A DNA stretch of 62,587 nucleotides, counting the filler. It is 5 parts of 5 records of this genome, joined end to end, with 100 filler letters (N's around TTAATTAATTAA, not from the genome) between each part and the next. Parts side by side here need not be neighbours in the genome. Positions count along the whole stretch, not along the records: positions 19,674 to 30,941 come from SRR20825010_4950; 4 more parts are not named here. The stretch is one strand, 5' to 3'. The notes below the pieces were generated by a model that searched no databases, had not been told where the DNA came from, and was given only the letters and a program-made list of their open reading frames with translations. A program made the translations under genes and the position numbers. Of this stretch, positions 19,865-29,587 are shown one piece after another (positions within the stretch are counted from its first letter, which is position 1; each line of letters opens with the position of its first letter).

Positions 19865-20716
19865 ATGAGCGAACCACGGGACACGTCATCCATCAGCTTT
19901 ACCGCCCTCTACACCGGGCATGTCTGGGCGAAGGACGGGCTCTCAGCCCCTTTCTTCCGCACTCGCGGTGGCGCTTTCCTGTATGGCGCCCTGGCCCCGT
20001 TCGAATATGTGGGCCGGAAGATTGCCGGCGGCAACATTCGCACCTTTCTGCTGCAGCGCCACCTGCTGATTGATCATCGTCTGCATCAGCTTATTGAGGA
20101 TGGCGTCACCCAGGTCGTTGAGATTGCCTGCGGCCTGTCCCCCCGTGGGCACCGTTTCTGCCAGCAATACCCACAACTGACCTACATCGAAACCGACCTG
20201 CCAGACATGGCCCGGCGCAAGCAGCAACTGCTCACCGAACACCATGTTCTCAGCGAACGTCACAAGGTCATGCCAATCAATATTTTTGCGGACGACGGCG
20301 ACCTGAGCCTGGCTCACGTGCTCGGGCAGCTGGACAGCAGCAAGCCGGTGGTCGTGATCACCGAGGGGCTGGTGAATTATTTTCCGTTAGCCGTGATTTC
20401 CGAGTTCTGGCGCAAACTGGCTACCGCCCTGCAACGCTTCCCGCAAGGCACTTACCTGACCGACAATTACCCGCTTTACCATGGCATGCCGTTCTACCAC
20501 ACCCTCAAAAATCTGGGGCGTCTGCTCGGCGCCATATCGCGCAGCCAGGTGGGTTTTCATTTTCATTCCGATGAGCAAACCGTCAGCCACTTCCTGCAGC
20601 TGGGCTTCGACGATCTCACCGTACACAACCCCGCTGATTTCTATAGCCAGCTTCCCATCCCGCAAACCCGGGGCAATCCCATGGTGCGAATTCTGGAAGG
20701 CGTCGTATCGGCGTGA
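19865..20716 (+). CDS. Class I SAM-dependent methyltransferase (leucine carboxyl methyltransferase-like)
   Basis: QVVEIACGLSPRG motif I, ETDLP, ITEGLVNYF. Confidence 0.85.
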   Translation: MSEPRDTSSISFTALYTGHVWAKDGLSAPFFRTRGGAFLYGALAPFEYVGRKIAGGNIRTFLLQRHLLIDHRLHQLIEDGVTQVVEIACGLSPRGHRFCQQYPQLTYIETDLPDMARRKQQLLTEHHVLSERHKVMPINIFADDGDLSLAHVLGQLDSSKPVVVITEGLVNYFPLAVISEFWRKLATALQRFPQGTYLTDNYPLYHGMPFYHTLKNLGRLLGAISRSQVGFHFHSDEQTVSHFLQLGFDDLTVHNPADFYSQLPIPQTRGNPMVRILEGVVSA

Positions 20717-20729
20717 GACGCAAAGCGCT

Positions 20730-20770
20730 TCCATAAAAAAAACCGGCGCAAATGCCGGTTTTTTTATGGA
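20730..20770. terminator. Bidirectional rho-independent terminator
   Basis: TCCATAAAAAAAACCGGC-loop-GCCGGTTTTTTTATGGA between convergent genes. Confidence 0.9.
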
Positions 20771-20790
20771 TACTGCTAACGTTTTAAGAA

Positions 20791-22080
20791 CTACCCATAG
20801 ATACGCCGCACTTTTTCATCCTTGTCCCGACGCAGAAAATATTCACCCTGCTTCAGTAACTGGGTAAACCGCTCCGCCGCCTGAATGTTGCCGTGTTTGA
20901 ACAGGCAACGCAGGTAACCCTCGCCGTCGTAATCAAACACCAGCAACTCCAGCGTCAGCTCCGGGCTGTCCATATACAGGGTACAATCACGGGCGTGATC
21001 CGCCAGGGAAAAACCCGGCTCGTCCAGTTTCAACAGACAACCAAAGAAATTGATATCCACGACAGTCACTGGCTTATTGAAACGAAAGCGGTCACCCACC
21101 CGGGATTCGCTGGTGACATGCCCGTGGTTGTTACAGGGTACCAGGCGTTCAGCCCGGCGGCGCTCGATCTGGCCGTATTCCCCTTTGCTGAAACGGCGGA
21201 TACCCTCCACGTTTTCCAGAGTTTCACCGCGCAGGAAAGTCGAAAACAGGTCGAGAGACACTTCACGTTTCTCCAGCTGCGGCAGGTGATCTGCCCCCCT
21301 GATCAAGGTGAACTGGGCATTGGGGCAATTTTCCGCAAAGGAGGCATTTTCCCAGGGCAAGGTAAAACTGTCGAACTCACCGGTGGTAACCAGGGTGTCG
21401 CATTCCGGGTAGCCAAGCAGCCCCTCCACCGACAGCAAACGCCGACCGTTGATTTTGTAACGCTCGCACTCATTATCCGACAAGCGCTTCATCTGGCGGT
21501 AGAACAACTTGCGGGCCGTGGGGCTGATACCGGTGTCGTCCATGCGGTCGTAGTTGACCAGATACAGCACCACCGCCTGGCTGAACTCATCCATGCGCCC
21601 CTGCTCCAGAACCCGTACGGATTCTTCCACCAACATTCGCCAGCTCTTGCGCGGGCGGGTCACGATCCCCGCCACAATCAGCTTGTCGGTGGCTTGCGGG
21701 TATTTGTAGGCAAAAGTGCTGGCAATCGCCGAGCCCAGCGACAACCCCATCAGATGGACCTTTTTCAGACCGGATTGCAGGCTGAACTCATAGAGCAGAT
21801 CGGCCAGATCCTCCATACTCAAATCCGGCGCGATCTGGGTGTTGTTACCCAGCGATGGCAAGTCCACCAGAATGACGGGAAAGTCTTCGTAAATGCGTTC
21901 TACACAATACTTGTAGGAAGTGAAGTTCTGGAAGGCCCCGCCTACCACCAACAATGGCGGCTTATGTGCGTTGGCAGGACTGGAAAATGCCAGGTAATCG
22001 ATGCGCCACTTGCCGACCCACAGCTGGATAGCATCGGCCTTGATCGCAGAACGGGTATATTCCTGATACTGAAAGCCCAT
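20791..22080 (-). CDS. Alpha/beta hydrolase with C-terminal PilZ-like domain
   Basis: VDLPSLG, GLSLG nucleophile elbow, GEFD, GADH; C-terminal ERRRAER...DINFFG PilZ-like motifs; alternative starts at 22095 and 22104. Confidence 0.8.
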   Translation of the reverse strand: MGFQYQEYTRSAIKADAIQLWVGKWRIDYLAFSSPANAHKPPLLVVGGAFQNFTSYKYCVERIYEDFPVILVDLPSLGNNTQIAPDLSMEDLADLLYEFSLQSGLKKVHLMGLSLGSAIASTFAYKYPQATDKLIVAGIVTRPRKSWRMLVEESVRVLEQGRMDEFSQAVVLYLVNYDRMDDTGISPTARKLFYRQMKRLSDNECERYKINGRRLLSVEGLLGYPECDTLVTTGEFDSFTLPWENASFAENCPNAQFTLIRGADHLPQLEKREVSLDLFSTFLRGETLENVEGIRRFSKGEYGQIERRRAERLVPCNNHGHVTSESRVGDRFRFNKPVTVVDINFFGCLLKLDEPGFSLADHARDCTLYMDSPELTLELLVFDYDGEGYLRCLFKHGNIQAAERFTQLLKQGEYFLRRDKDEKVRRIYG

Positions 22081-22493
22081 AGTGATTGGCTCCATTTGGC
22101 CCACGTTGTTCTTGTTTTATGTAGCGCCTGTACCCTGCGCCGATCTTTCTTTTTACTTATGACAATATTGTTTTTGCCATCAACTGCACTACACCTAATG
22201 GCACAAACGTACCAATGAAATCAGCCATTTAACGGCATTTGTGTAGCAAAGGATTTCAATTCTTCACCATTTGTGAGCAAGCGTAAAGCACCAGTTATCG
22301 CTATAATGCCGCCTTTCGCGGGCGGAAAAATCAGTCCAGGCTGGCCGCTGATCCAGCCGATGAAGCCAGCGGCCCCTGATCACCGGATTTCCCCTACCTG
22401 CCCGGCGGGGTTATGCCGCACAATGGCCAGGCAACGCTTCACCGCTCGCAAGACACCAACAGATCGAACGCAGAGAACTGAACGCAGACAATT

Positions 22494-23765
22494 ATGGATA
22501 TCCAGCAATACATGCAACGCCTGGGTGAGCAGGCCCGCCAGGCTTCCCGAGCCATGGCCCGCGCCAGCTCCGGCGACAAAGACAAGGCACTGGCTGCCAT
22601 CGCCAACGCCCTGCGCAACCACCGCGACGCCATTTTGCGCGCCAACGAAAAAGACCTGGAGGCCGGCCGCAGCAATGGCCTGGACGCCGCCCTGCTGGAC
22701 CGTCTGGCACTGACACCCGAACGTTTCGACGGGATGGTAGAAGGCCTGGAGCAAATTATTGGTCTGGCTGACCCGATCGGTGTGATCACCGACCTGGCCT
22801 ACCGCCCATCAGGCATCCAGGTCGGCAAAATGCGTGTACCACTGGGTGTCATCGGCATTATTTACGAATCACGCCCGAACGTGACCATCGATGCCGCCGC
22901 CCTGTGCCTGAAATCCGGTAACGCGGCCATTCTGCGTGGCGGTTCCGAGGCCATCAACGCCAACCAGGCCATCGCTGAATGCATCCGCGAAGGCCTGCGC
23001 GCCGCCGGCCTGCCGGAAGCAGCCGTCCAGGTGGTGGAAACCACCGACCGCGCGGCCGTTGGCGAGCTGATCACCCACCCCGAATACGTGGACGTGATCG
23101 TGCCCCGTGGCGGCAAGGGCCTGATCGAGCGCATCAGTAACGACGCCCGGGTACCGGTCATCAAGCACCTGGATGGCAACTGCCACACGTACATTGATGA
23201 GCAGGCCGATATCGCCAAGGCGATCAACGTGGCGTTTAACGCCAAGACCCAGCGATACGGCACCTGCAACACCACCGAAACCCTGTTGGTGGCCAATGCC
23301 ATCGCCCAGCAGGTACTGCCAGAGCTGGCCGCTCAATACCAGCAGGCGGGCGTAGAGCTGCGCGGCTGTGAGCAAACTCGCCATCTTCTGGAGGGAATGG
23401 GCGTGTCCGACATACAGTCAGCCTCAGAAGCTGACTGGGAAGAGGAATACCTGGCACCGGTACTGGCGGTGAAAATCGTCAAGGATATCGATGAAGCCAT
23501 CGAACACATCAACCGCTACAGCTCGGGCCACACCGAAGCCATCATCACCGAAAACTACACCCTGGCCCGCCGCTTCCTTACCGAAGTGGATTCCAGCTCG
23601 GTCATGGTCAATGCCTCCACCCGCTTCGCCGACGGTTTCGAATACGGCCTGGGTGCGGAAATCGGTATCTCCACCGACAAGATCCATGCCCGCGGCCCTG
23701 TGGGCCTGGAAGGGTTGACCAGCCAGAAGTGGGTGGTATTGGGTGATGGGCATATACGGCAGTAA
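22494..23765 (+). CDS. proA: Glutamate-5-semialdehyde dehydrogenase
   Basis: [41 protein letters not shown]. Confidence 0.98.
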   Translation: MDIQQYMQRLGEQARQASRAMARASSGDKDKALAAIANALRNHRDAILRANEKDLEAGRSNGLDAALLDRLALTPERFDGMVEGLEQIIGLADPIGVITDLAYRPSGIQVGKMRVPLGVIGIIYESRPNVTIDAAALCLKSGNAAILRGGSEAINANQAIAECIREGLRAAGLPEAAVQVVETTDRAAVGELITHPEYVDVIVPRGGKGLIERISNDARVPVIKHLDGNCHTYIDEQADIAKAINVAFNAKTQRYGTCNTTETLLVANAIAQQVLPELAAQYQQAGVELRGCEQTRHLLEGMGVSDIQSASEADWEEEYLAPVLAVKIVKDIDEAIEHINRYSSGHTEAIITENYTLARRFLTEVDSSSVMVNASTRFADGFEYGLGAEIGISTDKIHARGPVGLEGLTSQKWVVLGDGHIRQ

Positions 23766-23771
23766 CGCTGA

Positions 23772-23831
23772 CACGCTCCACGCACCACGCTGGCACGCGG
23801 AGCCCCTGGCCAGCGTGTTGCGTGTAGCGTG
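23772..23831. repeat. Inverted repeat built from CACGCnn heptamers
   Basis: 23-bp arms (21/23 complementary) around a 14-nt loop; fills the proA-nadD gap. Confidence 0.8.
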
Positions 23832-24488
23832 ATGCGTGCCAGCGTTCCCTTAGTCCTCTTCGGCGGCACCTTTGATCCGGTTCACCGGGCACATATCAGT
23901 GCCGCCCGAGCCGTGTCCAGAGTGCTCGATGGCGCCCCGGTGCACCTGCTTCCCAATGCAGTGCCGCCGCACCGGCCGCAACCGCTGGCCAGCGGCGAGC
24001 AGCGCCTGCGCATGCTGGAACTAGCCTGTGCCGAGCACCCGCACCTGCACCCGGATGGCTGGGAACTGGCCCAACCAGGCCCCAGCTACAGCCTGGCCAC
24101 CCTGCAGCATTTTCGCCAACAACACCCCCAGCGGCCGCTGGTCTTCATGATTGGCGCCGACAGTTTTGCCAGCCTGCACCAGTGGCACCAGTGGCGCGAC
24201 TACACCACCTTGTGCCACCTGGCCGTGGTGCCACGCCCGGACAGCCCGCTGGCGGACGATGCCGTACTCAGCGCCTTCCCGGAAACCGACGCCGCGGGTC
24301 TGACGCAACAAGCCAGTGGTTTGCGGCTGATGCTCAAACGCCCCTTTCTGGACGTGTCTGCCACCGCCATCCGTCAGGCCCTGGCGGAAAAAGGGCGTTG
24401 TCCGGCACTGGATGACGCCGTGATTACCCATATTCATCGCCACGACCTGTATAATGTGGCGAAACTCACTCCCTTTAACGAATCATGA
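23832..24488 (+). CDS. nadD: Nicotinate-nucleotide adenylyltransferase
   Basis: FGGTFDPVH, PPHR, IGADS, VSATAIR; canonical position before rsfS. Confidence 0.95.
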   Translation: MRASVPLVLFGGTFDPVHRAHISAARAVSRVLDGAPVHLLPNAVPPHRPQPLASGEQRLRMLELACAEHPHLHPDGWELAQPGPSYSLATLQHFRQQHPQRPLVFMIGADSFASLHQWHQWRDYTTLCHLAVVPRPDSPLADDAVLSAFPETDAAGLTQQASGLRLMLKRPFLDVSATAIRQALAEKGRCPALDDAVITHIHRHDLYNVAKLTPFNES

Positions 24489-24494
24489 GGCCCC

Positions 24495-24857
24495 ATGAGC
24501 GCTGACACTCCGCTACTGCAACTGGTCATCGACGCCCTGGAAGAAGTCAAAGCCCAAAACATCACTCCGCTGGATGTGCGTGAAATTACCAGTGTCGCGG
24601 ACAATATGGTTATTGCCAGTGGCACCTCCAACCGCCATGTGAAAGCGCTGGCCGACAGCGTCGCCGATGCCGCCAAGACCGCTGGCTACCCGCCCATTGG
24701 CACCGAAGGGGAAAACACCGGCGAGTGGATTCTCGTGGACCTGGGTGATGTCATCGTTCACCTGATGCTGCCCGCTACCCGAGAGTTCTACGACCTGGAA
24801 CGGCTGTGGAAAAACCCCCAGCACCACCCGGACCGCGACCAACAGCAAGATCACTGA
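24495..24857 (+). CDS. rsfS: Ribosome silencing factor
   Basis: [35 protein letters not shown]. Confidence 0.97.
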   Translation: MSADTPLLQLVIDALEEVKAQNITPLDVREITSVADNMVIASGTSNRHVKALADSVADAAKTAGYPPIGTEGENTGEWILVDLGDVIVHLMLPATREFYDLERLWKNPQHHPDRDQQQDH

Positions 24858-24860
24858 TCC

Positions 24861-25331
24861 ATGCGCATTGTTCTGCTGGCCGTCGGCACCCGCATGCCAG
24901 CCTGGGTGACCGAGGGCTTCAGCGAATACCAAAAGCGCATGCCCCCGGACATGCGCATGGTGCTGGAGGAAATCCCTATGCCCAAACGCGGCAAGGGAGA
25001 CAGCGCAAACCAAATTCGCACAGAAGCCGATGCCCTGCGCAAACGTCTGGATAAATACCCAAGCGCTAAAACCGTGGCACTGGAAGTCAATGGCCGCGCG
25101 CTGGACACTCACGCCCTCAGCCGTAAACTGGGCGAGCTAAAAGACGTGGGGCAGGATCTGATACTGCTGGTAGGCGGGCCCGATGGCCTGTGCCCGCAAC
25201 TATCGGCCAGCGCCCAGGAACGCTGGAGCCTCTCGAACCTGACGTTGCCCCACCCGCTGGTTCGGGTATTGCTGGCCGAGCAGCTTTACCGGGGCTGGAC
25301 GCTACTGACCGGGCACCCCTATCATCGCTGA
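24861..25331 (+). CDS. rlmH: 23S rRNA (pseudouridine1915-N3)-methyltransferase
   Basis: VGGPDG, LTLPHPLVRV, EQLYR, GHPYHR. Confidence 0.97.
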   Translation: MRIVLLAVGTRMPAWVTEGFSEYQKRMPPDMRMVLEEIPMPKRGKGDSANQIRTEADALRKRLDKYPSAKTVALEVNGRALDTHALSRKLGELKDVGQDLILLVGGPDGLCPQLSASAQERWSLSNLTLPHPLVRVLLAEQLYRGWTLLTGHPYHR

Positions 25332-25358
25332 TCGTTATCGCCTCACACAGACGCCAAC

Positions 25359-27275
25359 ATGCGCCGACCATTAACGCTGAAAGACCATCACCACGAGCAG
25401 CGCATTTTCAGCGTGCGTCTCGTCGTGGGCGTTATTCTGGTGCTACTACTCACCGGCGTACTGGTCGGTCGCATGATCTGGCTGCAAGTCATCGAGCACA
25501 ACCGCTACACGACCCTCAGTGACAACAACCGGGTGCAAACCCAGGCGGTCGCCCCACCCCGTGGGCTGATTACCGACCGCCACGGCGAAATCCTTGCAGA
25601 TAACCGCCCTGACTTTTCCCTGGAAGTGATCATTGAACAGGCTGGTGATCTCGACCAGCTGCTGCTGGAACTGGGCAAACTGATCGAACTGGATGAAGGA
25701 GACCGGGAGCGTTTTGAAAAACGCCGTCGCACCGCTCGTCGTCCCTGGGAGCCGGTCCCCCTGCGCGGCCGGCTCACGGAAGAGGAAATCGCTCGCCTGG
25801 TAGTCAACCAGCATCGGCTGGCCGGGATCCGTATTTCCGCCGACCCGATTCGCCACTATCCCCACGGCATTCTGTTTTCCCACGTGCTGGGTTACGTCAA
25901 CCGGATCAATGTGCAGGATCTGGACGCCATGACCCTGGATCAACAGCGTAACTACGCGGGCACGCATTTCTACGGACGCAGCGGCATCGAGCGTTTCTAT
26001 GAAAACACCCTGCACGGTGAAGTCGGCTATCGACAGGTGGAAACCAATGCCCGCGGGCGAATTCTGCGCGTGCTGGAAGAGCAGGCTCCCGTGCCAGGCC
26101 AACCACTGCGCCTGCGCCTGTCCATGCGGGTGCAGCAGGCCGCTTACGATGCCCTCGGCGAGCGCCGCGGCGCCGTCGTGGCCATTGATCCCCGTGATGG
26201 CAGCGTGCTGGCGTTCGTCAGCCGCCCGGGTTTCAACCCCAACCTGTTCGTCACCGGGATTTCCTACAAAGACTACTCCGCCTACCGCAACGATCACGAC
26301 AATCCGTTGTTCAACCGGGCCTTGCAGGGCCGCTATCCCCCGGGCTCCACCATCAAGCCCATGTACGGGCTTGCCGGGCTGGATGCTGGAGTCACCAACT
26401 GGGAACGCACCATTTTCGACCCCGGCTACTATCAACTGGAAAACGATCCACACCGCTACCGGGACTGGAAGCGCTGGGGCCATGGCCGAGTCGATTTGCG
26501 CGACGCCGTGGTGCAATCCTGCGACACCTACTTCTACGACATGGGCTTTAAACTGGGCATTGAGCGCATGCACCGCTACATGAACCAGTTTTCCCTGGGC
26601 CAACCCACCGGTATCGATTTGTACAACGAATCCAGTGGCATCATGCCGTCCAAGCAATGGAAAAAGGCCGCCCGCGGTCGCCCCTGGTTCCACGGCGACA
26701 CCATCAACGCCAGCATCGGCCAGGGATTTGTCCTTGCCACACCGCTGCAACTGGCCAACGCTACAGCCATCATGGCCAGCCACGGCAAACAGATCATTCC
26801 TACCCTGGCAGGCGAACGCCAGCCGGTGGAGCGAACCGACATCGTTCTGAATGATCAGGACAATTGGGAAAAAATGACCGAGGCCATGGTCGGTGTCACC
26901 GAGCTCGGCGGTACCGCACGGGCCATGGCCTCAGGGGCAAAATACGAAATTGCGGCAAAATCCGGCACCGCCCAGGTTTTTTCGGTGGGCCAGGACGAAA
27001 CCTATAACGAGGACGAGCTGGCAGAACGCCTGCTGGACCACGCCCTGCTGGTCTCCTTTGCGCCCGCGGAAAAACCGGCCATTGCCGTGGCCGTGCTGGT
27101 AGAAAACGGCCGCCATGGCGGTTCTACCGCCGGGCCCGTAGCCCGCCAGGTCATGGACGCCTGGCTGCTAGATCAACAGGGCGAGCTGAATGTACCGCCG
27201 GTTTTCGCCAACACACCAGTCACCCCACCGTCCAATGCTCCCGCCGACGGTGCGGATAACGAGGACCGCCCATGA
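25359..27275 (+). CDS. mrdA: Penicillin-binding protein 2
   Basis: N-terminal TM segment; STIK (SxxK), SCD and KSGTAQ motifs. Confidence 0.97.
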   Translation: MRRPLTLKDHHHEQRIFSVRLVVGVILVLLLTGVLVGRMIWLQVIEHNRYTTLSDNNRVQTQAVAPPRGLITDRHGEILADNRPDFSLEVIIEQAGDLDQLLLELGKLIELDEGDRERFEKRRRTARRPWEPVPLRGRLTEEEIARLVVNQHRLAGIRISADPIRHYPHGILFSHVLGYVNRINVQDLDAMTLDQQRNYAGTHFYGRSGIERFYENTLHGEVGYRQVETNARGRILRVLEEQAPVPGQPLRLRLSMRVQQAAYDALGERRGAVVAIDPRDGSVLAFVSRPGFNPNLFVTGISYKDYSAYRNDHDNPLFNRALQGRYPPGSTIKPMYGLAGLDAGVTNWERTIFDPGYYQLENDPHRYRDWKRWGHGRVDLRDAVVQSCDTYFYDMGFKLGIERMHRYMNQFSLGQPTGIDLYNESSGIMPSKQWKKAARGRPWFHGDTINASIGQGFVLATPLQLANATAIMASHGKQIIPTLAGERQPVERTDIVLNDQDNWEKMTEAMVGVTELGGTARAMASGAKYEIAAKSGTAQVFSVGQDETYNEDELAERLLDHALLVSFAPAEKPAIAVAVLVENGRHGGSTAGPVARQVMDAWLLDQQGELNVPPVFANTPVTPPSNAPADGADNEDRP

Positions 27276-28417
27276 GCCAGCGCGAATTTATCCGCCAGAT
27301 GCCTGGCCAGACCGGCGCCTCGCTATCCCCCGGGCTGGCGTTACGTTTGCACCTGGACCCACCGCTACTGGTGGGCCTATTGCTGCTTATGTTCGGCGGT
27401 CTCAGCGTTCTTTACAGCGCCGGCGGCGAAAGCATGGATCTGGTGGTGCGCCAGTGCATCCGTTTTGGTGCCGGCCTTACCGTGCTATTTCTATTGGCTC
27501 AGATTCCACCCCGCAGTTATCGTTTCTGGGCACCGGTGATTTATTCCATCGGCTTGGTATTGCTGGTGTTGGTGCTGGTCATCGGTACAGAAGCGAAAGG
27601 GGCGCAACGCTGGCTGTCCATCCCCGGGGCAGGACGCTTTCAACCGGCAGAGGTGATGAAACTGGCGGTACCCGCCATGGTGGCCTGGTATTTCAGCGAA
27701 CGCACCCTGCCGCCCAAGCTCACGGATGTAATCGCCGCCCTGCTATTGCTCGGGGTGCCTGCCATGCTGATCGGCTTGCAGCCAGACCTGGGCACCGCCA
27801 TTCTCATCGCGGCCAGCGGGCTGGTAGTACTGTTCATGGCCGGGCTCTCCTGGCGGCTGATCGCCGTGGCGGTCATCATTGTGGTTACCGCCGCACCGTT
27901 GATGTATTTCTTCGTGATGCACGATTACCAGCGCAACCGGGTCGACACCTTCCTCAATCCAGAAGCCGATCCCCGTGGCACCGGCTGGAACATCATCCAG
28001 TCGAAAACCGCCATCGGCTCCGGCGGTGTCAACGGCAAGGGCTGGCTCGACGGCACCCAGTCGCGGCTGGATTTCCTGCCGGAATCGTCCACCGATTTCA
28101 TTCTCGCGGTACTCAGTGAGGAATTCGGCCTGGTGGGTGTCGTCATTTTATTGATGATGTACCTGGTGATCGTCGGCCGCGGCTTCTTTATCAGCTGGCA
28201 GGCCCAGGACACCTTCGCCCGACTCCTTGCCGCCAGCCTGGTGATGACATTTTTTATTTATGTTTTCGTGAACATTGGGATGGTGTCAGGACTCTTACCT
28301 GTCGTAGGGGTGCCTTTGCCCTTGATCAGCTATGGCGGCACGTCGGTCGTAACACTGCTGGCCAGTTTCGGCATGTTGATGTCGATTCACACCCATCGAC
28401 GGCTGATGAGTTACTGA
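27272..28417 (+). CDS. rodA: Rod shape-determining protein (SEDS glycosyltransferase)
   Basis: GAQRW, QPAEVMK, QPDLGT, PLISYGG. Confidence 0.97.
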   Translation: MSQREFIRQMPGQTGASLSPGLALRLHLDPPLLVGLLLLMFGGLSVLYSAGGESMDLVVRQCIRFGAGLTVLFLLAQIPPRSYRFWAPVIYSIGLVLLVLVLVIGTEAKGAQRWLSIPGAGRFQPAEVMKLAVPAMVAWYFSERTLPPKLTDVIAALLLLGVPAMLIGLQPDLGTAILIAASGLVVLFMAGLSWRLIAVAVIIVVTAAPLMYFFVMHDYQRNRVDTFLNPEADPRGTGWNIIQSKTAIGSGGVNGKGWLDGTQSRLDFLPESSTDFILAVLSEEFGLVGVVILLMMYLVIVGRGFFISWQAQDTFARLLAASLVMTFFIYVFVNIGMVSGLLPVVGVPLPLISYGGTSVVTLLASFGMLMSIHTHRRLMSY

Positions 28418-28471
28418 ACGCGTGGCGAGAAAACCCGTTGTTGCGGGCACCTCACCGCAACAACGCGGTCC

Positions 28472-29587
28472 ATGGAAATAATGAAAACAGGAGATACCCC
28501 TTTGCGTCGTTTCTATCCGTGCATTCCCGGCATTGTTTGCTCCGGCACTTTTTACTCAACCCTTGTGGCCGCTGCTCTGACCTTCACCTCCCTGCCGGCC
28601 CAGGCCGAACACACCTGCCCGGAAAACAACGATTACCTGCAACGTGAACCGGCCCAGACCCTGATTCGCGAACTGGTTGCGCAAGGGCAAGATGAGACGC
28701 GAGTGCGAGAAGTGCTAGGCAGCGCAGAATGTCAGCCCAAGATTCTCGAATCCATTGCCCGTCCGGCGGAGCACACCCATACCTGGGCCACCTATCAGAA
28801 AATTTTCCTGCAGGAGAGCCGGGTACAGAAAGGCGTGGAATTTGCCCATACCCACGCCGACACCCTGACCCGTGCAGAACAGACCTACGGCATCCCCCGG
28901 GAAATCATTCTCGCCATCATTGGTGTGGAAACCCGCTACGGGGATTACATGGGCACCTACCGAGCGGTTGATGCCCTGACCACCCTGGGCTACGACTACC
29001 CGCCCCGGGGCAGCTTCTTCCGCAAGCAGCTCAAAGCCTTGTTCGAACTGGAACATAACGCCCACATCGATGCCAAAACCATCACCGGCTCCTACGCCGG
29101 CGCCATGGGCTACGGCCAGTTCATCCCTACCAGCTATCAAGCTTACGCGGTGGATTTCGACAACGACGGCGTGACCGATCTGGTCAACAACCCGGTGGAT
29201 GCCATCGGGTCCGTGGCCAACTATTTCAGCGAGCACAACTGGAAACCCGGGTTGCCCGTAGCCGCCAGAGCACACCTGGATGGCACCGGTTACCTGCCGC
29301 TGGCCAAAAAAGGGTACAAGCCATCCTTTACCCTGTCACAGGCCAACAACGCCGGGGTCTCCGCGCTCAGCTGCAACGATGATCGACTGGTCAGTGAATA
29401 CTGCTTTGATCTGCCCGCCAGCACCCGGGTTGCCCTGCTTGACCTGGAAGGCACCGACGGCGCGGAATTCTGGCTGGCCACCGACAACTTTTATGTGATT
29501 ACCCGCTACAACCACAGTCGCCTGTACGCCATGGCCGTGTTACAACTATCACGACAACTGGCTACCGCCCTGGAGGATAATCAATGA
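28472..29587 (+). CDS. mltB: Lytic murein transglycosylase B
   Basis: IIGVETRYG, GSYAGAMGYGQFIP, EF-hand-like DFDNDG, ITRYNHS; exact start uncertain. Confidence 0.93.
   Translation: MEIMKTGDTPLRRFYPCIPGIVCSGTFYSTLVAAALTFTSLPAQAEHTCPENNDYLQREPAQTLIRELVAQGQDETRVREVLGSAECQPKILESIARPAEHTHTWATYQKIFLQESRVQKGVEFAHTHADTLTRAEQTYGIPREIILAIIGVETRYGDYMGTYRAVDALTTLGYDYPPRGSFFRKQLKALFELEHNAHIDAKTITGSYAGAMGYGQFIPTSYQAYAVDFDNDGVTDLVNNPVDAIGSVANYFSEHNWKPGLPVAARAHLDGTGYLPLAKKGYKPSFTLSQANNAGVSALSCNDDRLVSEYCFDLPASTRVALLDLEGTDGAEFWLATDNFYVITRYNHSRLYAMAVLQLSRQLATALEDNQ

Noticed and set aside
20893-22218. 441-aa plus-strand ORF, and similar long antisense ORFs (25446-26783, 36187-37278, 56906-58135, 60709-62577)
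   Set aside because: Shadows of well-supported genes on the opposite strand in GC-rich DNA; no recognisable motifs
23832-23900. nadD HxGH motif reads HRAH
   Set aside because: Single conservative change in an otherwise intact, syntenic gene; insufficient to claim altered function
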